From: Rhodanobacter sp.
GTDB taxonomy: Bacteria > Pseudomonadota > Gammaproteobacteria > Xanthomonadales > Rhodanobacteraceae
Length of the DNA: 60,102 nt
Direction of reading: 5' to 3'
NCBI GenBank assembly: GCA_039935315.1
Contig: JBDTKM010000345.1
Location: forward strand, 1 to 60,102
A model generated the notes under the pieces. That model was not told the origin of the DNA. It searched no databases and saw nothing but the letters and a program-made list of their open reading frames with translations. Shown in pieces: positions 1 through 8,406 of the stretch. The position numbers and the translations under genes were made by a program. Positions within the stretch are counted from its first letter, which is position 1. Each line of letters begins with the position of its first letter.

Positions 1-2132
1 TGGGTCGCCGTGCCCGCAGCCACGTCGACATCCTTCTCATCCATCAGTTGCAGGCGCTGGTTGGCGTCCGATTTCCAGCCGCCGTTCTGCTCGTACAACC
101 AGTAGAAATCGCGCAGCTCCCGCTGCAGGCGCACCTTCAGGTGCGAACCGGCGACCAGCTTGCCGTCGGCATTTGCACGCACGATCTCGAAACCGACCGG
201 ACTTTCGCTCGCAGCGCCCTGCTTCGGGTCGAACAGCGGACGCACGCCGACCAGCGCATCGGCCGGCCAGTAGGTGCGCTGGAGCAGTCGGGTGACCGCG
301 CGGCCCCCGCTTTCATAAACGCTGCCGGACACAGTCACCGCCAGCGGGGCGACCGGCTTCACGTCGTGCGGCAGCGGCAGCGCCTGTTCCAGCACGCCGT
401 TGGCATCGAGCTTGGCATCGACCACGTCGTCGGCGCTGCTGGGCAATTCGACCAGCGGATTGCCGAAGAACGTGTCCTTCATCGTGGCGACCGGATGCAC
501 GTCCGGCGCGACCAGCAGTTTCGCGGTGAAACGGTTGCCGTCCGCCGGCGCGCCGTACAAATAGCTGGAGGCGACCTTCAGCTTGAGCGCCTCGCCCGGC
601 GCCAGTCGCGTTTGCTGGCTGGACAACTCGACCTTCAACCGCTCGGGCAGGAACTCCTCGACGTGGAACGGAAAGGCCTGCACGGTCTCCCTGGCGGCAG
701 GATCGAGGCGGAATTCCAGCTGCCACAGGCCAGTCGGTGCGTCGGCCGGGATAACCTGGCTCAGGTTGAAATAATTGAGTGGTTGCGGCTTGAGCTGCTG
801 CTCGGCCAGGGTACGGCCGTCAGGCTGCTTCACGCGCACGAACAGGGACTGCGGCTTCATCGGGTTGCCGTCGTAGTCGCGCAACAAGGCCGAGACACGC
901 AACGTTTCGCCGGGGCGATACAGGTCGCGACCGGACCAGGCGTAGACCTCGAAGGGTGCCTGCTTGCGGCCGCTGATGTCGAAGTTGGACACATCCAGCG
1001 CCGGCTTGTTGAACGGCAGCACCGAGACGTCCTTGCCGCGGCGCGCGACCAGCACGTCGGAGGCCTTGACCTTGTAGGCGATCAGCGCATTGCCGTCAGT
1101 GCCGGTCATTGCCTTGAGCTTGCTGCGACCGGCCTCGTCACGGATTTCAACAGCTACCCCGCCGACCGGCGAGCCGTCGCGCAGCGAGGCGACATGCAGC
1201 AGCGCGTTGTCGCGATAGACGCGCAAGTGCAGACCGAGGTCGCTGACAAAGAAGGTGGCGGTGTCATAGCCCCCCTGGAAGCTGCCGCCGGCCTTGACCA
1301 CAGCCATGTACACGCCCGGTTGCGACAGCTGCTTGATGTCCTGCACCGGCAGATAGGTCACCGTGCGCTCGTTGGGCGCGCCGCCCAGCGTGTAGTGGTT
1401 GGCGTAGACGGAATCGGCGATCTGGGTGATCGGCAGCTTGCTGCGATGCTGACCGCCCTCGATGCAGTCGTTGTAGTAGTTGACCTGGTGGTCGAGCTCA
1501 TAGCTGTCGCGATGGCCGTTGCGCGGGTAGGCGCAAAACAGGTCGGACAGCGCATCGTCGTGCACGCGGAAGAACTCGACGTCGGCGTCATGCACGTTCA
1601 TCGACACCAGCGGCAAGCCGCGTGTGCCGCGCGCCGGCAACACGCTGCCGTGCGAGGCAAAGCCCACCGCTGCCGGCAGGTTGCCCGAATACACTTCTTG
1701 TTTCACCGCGTGGCCGAGTGCGCTTCCGTCGGCCGCGAGCAAGCTCGGTTTCAACTGCACCACGTAACGCGTGTTGGCTTGAACGAATGGAAAACTCAGC
1801 GTCTTGCCATCCTCCCGCAAGCTCCAGCTGCCGCTGATGACTTCGCCGCTGGGCCCGGTCACCGCGATCAAGTCGTCGAAGGTCTGCGCCGAGGCCAGCG
1901 CGGCGTTGAAACGCAAGATCAGCGCCGTGCGCGAATCGTCGGTGCTGGAGCTGGCCGAGACCAGGGCAAACCCCGCCGTGGCCGCCTGCTGCTTGGGTGA
2001 GCTGGCGGTCGCGGGCGCACTTTGCACGGCGGGCAGTTTGCCATCGTGGCTGCGCCCGCAGGCGACCAGCAGTACGGCCAGCAGCACGGCGGACAGCAGC
2101 CGCCACGCGTGAGGAAATGATCGTCCGGACAT
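1..2132 (-). CDS. Alpha-2-macroglobulin family lipoprotein (YfhM-like), 5' part; runs off the left edge
   Basis: Not in the ORF track because no stop lies in the window. Manual translation from ATG 2132 (RBS GGGAGAGG): MSGRSFPHAWRLLSAVLLAVLLVAC-GRS (lipobox), then FFVSDLGLHLR, GRDLYRPGETLRVSALLRDYDG and FHVEEFLPERLKV, typical of bacterial A2M MG domains. Confidence 0.9.
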   Translation of the reverse strand, partial: MSGRSFPHAWRLLSAVLLAVLLVACGRSHDGKLPAVQSAPATASSPKQQAATAGFALVSASSSTDDSRTALILRFNAALASAQTFDDLIAVTGPSGEVISGSWSLREDGKTLSFPFVQANTRYVVQLKPSLLAADGSALGHAVKQEVYSGNLPAAVGFASHGSVLPARGTRGLPLVSMNVHDADVEFFRVHDDALSDLFCAYPRNGHRDSYELDHQVNYYNDCIEGGQHRSKLPITQIADSVYANHYTLGGAPNERTVTYLPVQDIKQLSQPGVYMAVVKAGGSFQGGYDTATFFVSDLGLHLRVYRDNALLHVASLRDGSPVGGVAVEIRDEAGRSKLKAMTGTDGNALIAYKVKASDVLVARRGKDVSVLPFNKPALDVSNFDISGRKQAPFEVYAWSGRDLYRPGETLRVSALLRDYDGNPMKPQSLFVRVKQPDGRTLAEQQLKPQPLNYFNLSQVIPADAPTGLWQLEFRLDPAARETVQAFPFHVEEFLPERLKVELSSQQTRLAPGEALKLKVASSYLYGAPADGNRFTAKLLVAPDVHPVATMKDTFFGNPLVELPSSADDVVDAKLDANGVLEQALPLPHDVKPVAPLAVTVSGSVYESGGRAVTRLLQRTYWPADALVGVRPLFDPKQGAASESPVGFEIVRANADGKLVAGSHLKVRLQRELRDFYWLYEQNGGWKSDANQRLQLMDEKDVDVAAGTAT

Positions 2133-2221
2133 GCCACCTCTCCCTGGGGTTGACGCACAGTGTTGTCGCCGTTCATGGCACACAGATGGCGCGCATCGGG
2201 CGCGCGCCTATCGGTGGCGCA

Positions 2222-3100
2222 TCAGTCGCGCAACTGCCGCCCCAGCCAGTCACCCAATTGCATCAGCACCTGGCTGCGACCCGGCTCGGCTTCATTGAAC
2301 AACTCGTGATAAAGCGTAGAGAAAAAGCGCGTGGTCAAGGGCCCGGTTGCCGCCGCCTTGGCAAAGACGCGGCTGCCGGCCGGGTCGACCAGCTCGTCGC
2401 TGTCGGCCACCAGCAGGAGCGTCGGCACCGGCAAGTGGGCGGCATCGGCGACGCAGGCGGCACCCGCCTTGAAGATGAAATCGGCCAGTCGCGGGGTGAT
2501 CCAGCCGTGCCGCAACGGATCGGCCAGGTATTCGGCCATCACCTGCGGGTCGTGCGACAGCTTGTTGGCATCCAGCCCGTTGCGCAGTGGCAAGTTGGGC
2601 AGGAGCTGGCTCAGCACGGCGGCCAGGCGGATCATCCGCGGCGACTCGCGACTGCGCAACGCGGGCGACGACAGCACCAGCGCCGGTGGCACGACCGCCC
2701 CTTCCAGTACCGCGCGCAGCGCAACCAGGCCGCCCATGCTGTGGCCAAGCAGCAGCGGCGGCTGCGCCAGGGTGGCCGCGAAGTGGGCATACACGGCAGC
2801 CAGGTCCGTCAACAAGTCGTCGCCATGCCGCAGCGCGCCCCGTCGCCCGGGCGACTGGCCGTGGCCTCGCTGGTCGTAGCTGCGCACGGCGTAACCACGC
2901 CGATTGAACCAGCGCGCCAACCGCGCGTGGCGCCCGCTGTGCTCGCCCAGGCCATGCACGATCAGTGCGGCATCGCGCGCGCGTGCGCGCGGCCAGTCAC
3001 GCAGGAACAAGGGCTGCCCATCGGGCATGGTCACCCATCCGGTGGACTCAACCACATCCGCATCGCTGACAGATTTTCTGGTCTGTATCCGCTGCTCCAC
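2222..3100 (-). CDS. Alpha/beta hydrolase, lysophospholipase/monoglyceride lipase-like (Hydrolase_4)
   Basis: HGLGEHSGR, YDQRGHG, nucleophile GHSMGG and C-terminal YHELFNE; GGAG upstream of the GTG start. Confidence 0.9.
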   Translation of the reverse strand: MEQRIQTRKSVSDADVVESTGWVTMPDGQPLFLRDWPRARARDAALIVHGLGEHSGRHARLARWFNRRGYAVRSYDQRGHGQSPGRRGALRHGDDLLTDLAAVYAHFAATLAQPPLLLGHSMGGLVALRAVLEGAVVPPALVLSSPALRSRESPRMIRLAAVLSQLLPNLPLRNGLDANKLSHDPQVMAEYLADPLRHGWITPRLADFIFKAGAACVADAAHLPVPTLLLVADSDELVDPAGSRVFAKAAATGPLTTRFFSTLYHELFNEAEPGRSQVLMQLGDWLGRQLRD

Positions 3101-3217
3101 GCGTCGCTCCCCGGTTGCGCTATCTCGGGTCGCGCACGCCGACCCACGATGAAGAGGTGCTCATCTCATTCGTTTCCACAATCCGGCATCCCAAGCCGGC
3201 AGATCACAGCCCGCAAC

Positions 3218-5233
3218 TCAGTGCTCGTGGACGTGCACACTCTTCGTCAACTGATCGAATCCGGTCTTGACCGTGGCCGGCGGGGTACTGCCTTCCACGC
3301 TGTAGAACACGGTATAGCGCACATCCGGCGAAGCGCCGGCCGCCAGTGGCATCGCCTTGACCACACGCATCGCGCCGTCCTCGCCGTGCGGTATCCCGTC
3401 GAACGGGTGTTGCCCCTGCACGATCTTGCGCCACTGGCTCTGGAAGGCGTCGTCCAGATCGGAGGAGGGCTGCACGTGGCGTTGAATGTTGATCCGGTAC
3501 GGATCGCTGGCGTCCGCCTTCACCCGCAAGTCGCCCACATCCCAGACCACCTTGCCGTGGTCGCTGAAATAGCCCAGACCCAGGGTCAGCGTGCTGTTGG
3601 CGGTAATTGATTGCAGCGTCGGAACGAAGCTGAAGTCCAGCCGCGGCGAGGCGTAGCTGAAGCGCCGACCATAGTCGGCATCGACGTGGATGTCTTGCAG
3701 CAGCCCCGGCAGCAACGCGGTCTGACCCAGGTATTCGTGCCACTGCGCCAGCGTGCCGTCGTAGGCGACCTGCACGAAATCGGTCATCGCGCGCATGTCG
3801 ATCAGATGATCGTATGCGCCTGAGGGCGGGACCATCTGCAGCAACGTGACATAACCATCCGGCACCGGCAGCGAAAGGCTGATGACCAGTGCATTGGCGT
3901 ACGGCACCGGCCACACCCGCACCTGCCAGTGTCGCTGCCACGCGTCGGTGTACATGGTGTCCTGATCCGGTGGGCCGAACCCGGTGATCTTGACCCGCTC
4001 GGTGCCCACCGTGCGACGCATGAAGCCGGTCTTGGCGACCAGGTCAATCAACTGCGCCGGATCGTGGTAGAGCTGCTGCGCGGACACGCTGTCCGGCCGG
4101 CGCAGGTGAAACAGCAAGCTGCGCCCAGCCTCGCCCACGTCGAGGTAGCCGTTGCCGGACAACGGCGTACGCGGGCCCCGCTTGGCTGACAGGCCCCAGT
4201 CGCCATTGCTGTTGCGCACGATCAACCGGGGGAAACTGTCCAGTGACGGCACCGCGTGCAGCAGACGACTGGCACCGGCGCCGCGCGGGAACAGCCGATC
4301 CGATTCCTGTGCCAGCAAAGCCTTGAGCTGGCTATCGACGTAGGCGTTGCGCGCCTTCAGGAAACTCGCATTGAAGTCCGCCAGGCTCACCGGCAATGGA
4401 AACTGCGCCTTGAACACGTTGCTCAGCGTCGTATCGAACAGGGCAAACTGATAGGGTACGCGCTCGTCGATGACCGCCTGATTCTCGGGCGCGTTCAGCA
4501 CTTCGCTGATCGGCAACGCGTAGTTGAGGTTCTCGTTGGCCGACTTCATCAGCACGACGCCGATGACCTTGCCCTGCTGGTCCAGCAGTGGACCACCGCT
4601 GTTGCCGGGTGACGCCGCCGCTGAGAATCGCAGCCACTTCCATTGGCCATCCTGCTGCTCCGGGGTGTCGGAGGTGTACAGGCCGTCGCGGATCACCACT
4701 CCGGTGCCCAACGCGTTGCCCACCGCGTAGACCACCGTGTTCACGGCCGGCTTGCTGTCGATGGCCAGCGCCGCCGCCGCATTGGGCTGGCTGGCCAGCG
4801 AGAACACCACGAAGTCCTTGCGCAGCGAGAACTTCTCGATCTTGTCGATCGCGTACACCTTGCCCTTGGCGTCACGCAGCTCGATCGGCCCCCACAGGCT
4901 GGCCACACCCGCCAGCAGCACATGGCCGGCGGTGACGTAACGATTGTTGCCGATCGCAAACGCCGTACCAATGGAATGGTAGGTGTCGGTGCGCTCCTGA
5001 TACGGCAGCAGGTCCAGCGGCAGCGGCTTCTCGTAAGTCAGCGGATCGACGGTCGGCTTGGCCTGCACCACCTCGAAGGTGGCGGCCTCGATCCGCGGCA
5101 GCACGGCCGGATCGAGCGTGGCGGCATGCGCCGCGGCGATGCCCGCCACGCTGGTGCCGAGCAAGAACAACCACCGACGCGCCGTGGCTCGAAGTTCGGC
5201 GGTTCCGCGGACAGAGCTGATCGTCGAGCGCAT
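3218..5233 (-). CDS. Secreted trypsin-like (S1) serine protease with long uncharacterised C-terminal region
   Basis: VTAGHV (His), KDFVVF (Asp), SPGNSGGP (Ser); signal peptide ending AAAHA. Start moved to ATG 5233 (GAAGGGA upstream) from the ORF-track start at 5560. Confidence 0.8.
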   Translation of the reverse strand: MRSTISSVRGTAELRATARRWLFLLGTSVAGIAAAHAATLDPAVLPRIEAATFEVVQAKPTVDPLTYEKPLPLDLLPYQERTDTYHSIGTAFAIGNNRYVTAGHVLLAGVASLWGPIELRDAKGKVYAIDKIEKFSLRKDFVVFSLASQPNAAAALAIDSKPAVNTVVYAVGNALGTGVVIRDGLYTSDTPEQQDGQWKWLRFSAAASPGNSGGPLLDQQGKVIGVVLMKSANENLNYALPISEVLNAPENQAVIDERVPYQFALFDTTLSNVFKAQFPLPVSLADFNASFLKARNAYVDSQLKALLAQESDRLFPRGAGASRLLHAVPSLDSFPRLIVRNSNGDWGLSAKRGPRTPLSGNGYLDVGEAGRSLLFHLRRPDSVSAQQLYHDPAQLIDLVAKTGFMRRTVGTERVKITGFGPPDQDTMYTDAWQRHWQVRVWPVPYANALVISLSLPVPDGYVTLLQMVPPSGAYDHLIDMRAMTDFVQVAYDGTLAQWHEYLGQTALLPGLLQDIHVDADYGRRFSYASPRLDFSFVPTLQSITANSTLTLGLGYFSDHGKVVWDVGDLRVKADASDPYRINIQRHVQPSSDLDDAFQSQWRKIVQGQHPFDGIPHGEDGAMRVVKAMPLAAGASPDVRYTVFYSVEGSTPPATVKTGFDQLTKSVHVHEH

Positions 5234-5513
5234 ACATTCCCTTCGCGTGAAGATCGCCGTCAGACTCCCCGTGGCATGCTGATTTGCGACGATCGAGCAT
5301 GCATGATGGCATGGCCTACCGTCGCCTGCACACTCGCCCTGTTCCGTCTCAACGCACGCGCTGGCAACCTCATGCATATACGATCGGCGGTCATCCCCCA
5401 GCCTCGGGAAACTCTCCACCGATGCCGTTGGTACACCCCCTGCCTGGCGCATTCTACCCAGCCGTTGCGACCGGGCTCGCGCCGCGCTCTCCCGTGACGT
5501 GGCCGATGACCTG

Positions 5514-5672
5514 ATGGGGTGCCTGCCGCTAGTGTTGCTGTTTCCGCTGGGTGCCGGCATCGGCTATCTGGTCGCCGGCGATATCGGCGCGCTGTGGGGT
5601 AGCGGCATCGGCATGGTACTTGGCGTGGCGCTGATCGGATTGTTGATCAGCTGCATGCATCGACGTCGCTGA
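5514..5672 (+). CDS. Small Gly-rich membrane protein (52 aa), hypothetical
   Basis: Manual translation MGCLPLVLLFPLGAGIGYLVAGDIGALWGSGIGMVLGVALIGLLISCMHRRR*. Two hydrophobic helices and a basic tail; below the ORF-track length cut-off; no clear RBS. Confidence 0.6.
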   Translation: MGCLPLVLLFPLGAGIGYLVAGDIGALWGSGIGMVLGVALIGLLISCMHRRR

Positions 5673-5942
5673 CGGAAGCCGGATCAACTGACCAGCGCGC
5701 AAGTCACGCGAGGCGGCGTTCAATCATGTTGCCGGCGTTCAAGTGGGAACCCGGTGTCTTGCGATCGCGCATGGGCGAGCAAAATCAGAGCCTGTCTGCA
5801 GTTGGGCCGGCCAACCGAAGCCCGGCAGACTGCTGGGTCAGTACACGTTGTCCTGTTCGCGCGGATCATTGACCGGCAATATCGCCGCCAGCGTGCAACC
5901 GCGCAGCGCGTCCAGCCATGCCCGGGCATCGCGTGGCCACGC

Positions 5943-8267
5943 TCATCGTGTCGCGTCCGCCTGGATCAGACGCACTTGCGCCAAGGCATACAGCGGGCCG
6001 TCGATCGGAGCGGTGTAGAGCAGGCACAGCGCATGCGTGCCGTGCTGCGCGGGCAGCGACGCCGACAGCGTGAAGCGGCGCGCACTGTGCGCTGGATCGG
6101 GTAGCGCCATGCTCGCCAGCTGCGGTCCCTTGCAAGTATCCAGATGCACCACCAGCTCACCGAACGGTGTGCTGTGCGGCCACGAGACCACCAGTTTCTG
6201 GTCGTGCGCCAGCGCGTAGTTGCGCTCCAGACGCGCGGCCTCCACGTGGATCGACGCCATCCCGTCCAGCGGCGTGGCTGGATACAGCTGACAACTGTTG
6301 AATACGTTGATGCTGTAGACCGGCGCCAGCGAGGTGGCCTCCGGCATCGGTTGCACCCGCAGGCGGAAGTCGCTGTCCGGACAGTTCGGCATCGCGTTGC
6401 CGCTCACCGTCAGCAAGCTGGCACGATCCAGCACGCGCTGGCGCGGCGCGGCCAGTTCGCTGCCGTCGGTGGCCAGCGTCAGTGCGCGGACGGTCGTCGG
6501 CAGCTTGACCGTGAATGGCGCGTGGTACAGCGGCGACGTACGCGTCGGCACGCTGCCGTCCAGGGTGTAATGGATGGCGCCTGCATTCACTTGATCGGAA
6601 AGTGCCACCCGCACCGGAGCACCGCGCAGCGCCGCGGCGCGATCTTCCGTGATCTGTGGCGCGAAAGCGCTGTCCGCGTAGCCGATACCCTGCGCACGAT
6701 AGCGGGCAAACTGTGCCGGCAGGCGCGCAAGGAAACCTTTCCAGTCGCGCGTCGAGGCCGGTGACCAGTCCACTTCACTCAGTGCATCGAGCCGCGGGAA
6801 CACCGCATGCTCGACGTGCTTCATCGTCGGCATGTGCTCGGTCCACACGTTCGCCTGCGCTCCCAGCACATGTCTGGCCTGCACGGCATCGAGCTCCTTC
6901 GGCACGGGTTCAAACGCGTACACGCTGGCCAGGTCCTGCGCCGGGATGCGGCCGGCGGTCTCGTCGAGATTGGCGCTCTGCAGCTGGTCGAAGTACAGCT
7001 GCGGCGCGGGAGAGAGCACCACATCGTGGCCGGCCCGCGCCGCGGTAATCGCACCCTTGGTGCCTCGCCACGACATCACCGTCGCATCGGCCGGCAGCTT
7101 GCCGCCCTCAAGGATCTCGTCCCAGCCGATCAGACGGCGGCCATGCTTTTCCAGATAAGCGCCGATATGCGCGATGAACCAACCTTGCAATGCATCCGCG
7201 TTCTTCAAACCCAGCGCATGCATCTGCGCCTGCACCGCCGGCGAGGCCTGCCACTGGTCCTTGATCGCCTCGTCGCCACCGACATGGATGTATTTCGACG
7301 GGAATAGCTCCATCACCTCGTCGAGCACGTTGTCGATGAAGGTGAAAGTGTCGTCGTCCACGTTGTAGAGATACGGATTGACACCCCAGTCGACCGAGAC
7401 GGCCGGCCGCTTGCCGGTGACGCCGATCTGCGGGTACGACGCCACCGCCGCCTGCGCATGACCGGGCATGTCGATCTCCGGTACCACCGTGATGTAGCGC
7501 GCCGCGGCGTAGGCGACGATCTGACGGATCTGCTCCTGCGTGTAAAAGCCGCCATAGCGTAGCGGCTCGCTGTCGTGTCCGGCATCCGGTGGCGTGCGCC
7601 ATGCACCGATGCGGGTGAGTTCGGGGTAGCGCTTGATCTGGATGCGCCAGCCCTGGTCGTCGGTGAGATGCCAGTGGAAGGTATTGAGCTTGTGCTGCGC
7701 CATCTGGTCCAGCAGGGTCTCGATCTCGGCCACGCTCTGGAAGTGCCGCGCGGAATCGAGCATCAGGCCGCGCCAGGCAAAGCGCGGCCAGTCGCGGATC
7801 TGCAGCGCCGGCACGTCGGCCGCACCAGATCGCGCATCCGGTGTCAGCAACTGCCACAGCGTGATGGCACCGTGGAACAGGCCGGCATCATCGCGTGCGC
7901 GGATCCGGATACCCTGCGCCGTCACGTCAAGCGCATAACCTCCGGCCTGCGTCACCGGTGCCCGCGGGTCACGCTGCAGCGTGATGCCTGGGGCCGCGAG
8001 CTGGCCGGATGTCACGCGCAAGTGCAGCCCCCGCGTGTGCGCCAGCAAGGCGACCAGATAGTCGGCCGTGTGGCGCGTCGCGGCGGCATGGTCGATGACA
8101 ACCAGCGGCGTCCGCGCGTCAACCTGAAAAGCGCCAACCGCCATCGTCAGCTGTGCAGGTTGTGGAATCAGCGCAGGCGACGACGCGACGGCGGCCGCGG
8201 CGCGCAATGGCGGCAGCAGGCCAAGCAGCAGGCAGGCGCAGATGGCGAGTAGGGGGCGGCAGGTCAT
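5943..8267 (-). CDS. Beta-N-acetylhexosaminidase (GH20) with C-terminal chitobiase/Fn3-associated and CBM-like domains
   Basis: RFAWRGLMLDSARHF, HWHLTDDQGWR, PEIDMPGH, catalytic HVGGDEA, IHYTLDGSVP; signal peptide; GGAG RBS. Confidence 0.95.
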   Translation of the reverse strand: MTCRPLLAICACLLLGLLPPLRAAAAVASSPALIPQPAQLTMAVGAFQVDARTPLVVIDHAAATRHTADYLVALLAHTRGLHLRVTSGQLAAPGITLQRDPRAPVTQAGGYALDVTAQGIRIRARDDAGLFHGAITLWQLLTPDARSGAADVPALQIRDWPRFAWRGLMLDSARHFQSVAEIETLLDQMAQHKLNTFHWHLTDDQGWRIQIKRYPELTRIGAWRTPPDAGHDSEPLRYGGFYTQEQIRQIVAYAAARYITVVPEIDMPGHAQAAVASYPQIGVTGKRPAVSVDWGVNPYLYNVDDDTFTFIDNVLDEVMELFPSKYIHVGGDEAIKDQWQASPAVQAQMHALGLKNADALQGWFIAHIGAYLEKHGRRLIGWDEILEGGKLPADATVMSWRGTKGAITAARAGHDVVLSPAPQLYFDQLQSANLDETAGRIPAQDLASVYAFEPVPKELDAVQARHVLGAQANVWTEHMPTMKHVEHAVFPRLDALSEVDWSPASTRDWKGFLARLPAQFARYRAQGIGYADSAFAPQITEDRAAALRGAPVRVALSDQVNAGAIHYTLDGSVPTRTSPLYHAPFTVKLPTTVRALTLATDGSELAAPRQRVLDRASLLTVSGNAMPNCPDSDFRLRVQPMPEATSLAPVYSINVFNSCQLYPATPLDGMASIHVEAARLERNYALAHDQKLVVSWPHSTPFGELVVHLDTCKGPQLASMALPDPAHSARRFTLSASLPAQHGTHALCLLYTAPIDGPLYALAQVRLIQADATR

Positions 8268-8324
8268 CGGCGGTCTCCGCTGCGGTCAATCCAGCATGCC
8301 ATGTGCGACACGGCGATGGGGAAC

Positions 8325-8358
8325 AAAAAACGGGCCCGTAAACAACCGCGGGCCCGTT
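8325..8358 (-). terminator. Intrinsic terminator between the TonB receptor and GH20 genes
   Basis: Inverted repeat AACGGGCCCG/CGGGCCCGTT followed by a T-tract on the minus strand. A second hairpin GCGGGCCA-TCCG-TGGCCCGC lies at 8369-8388. Confidence 0.7.
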
Positions 8359-8406
8359 GGGGGAGAGGGCGGGCCATCCGTGGCCCGCGAGGGTGCAGCT
8401 CGTGGA

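Noticed and set aside
48-2000. 650-aa plus-strand ORF
   Set aside because: Antisense shadow of the alpha-2-macroglobulin gene; no motifs of its own.
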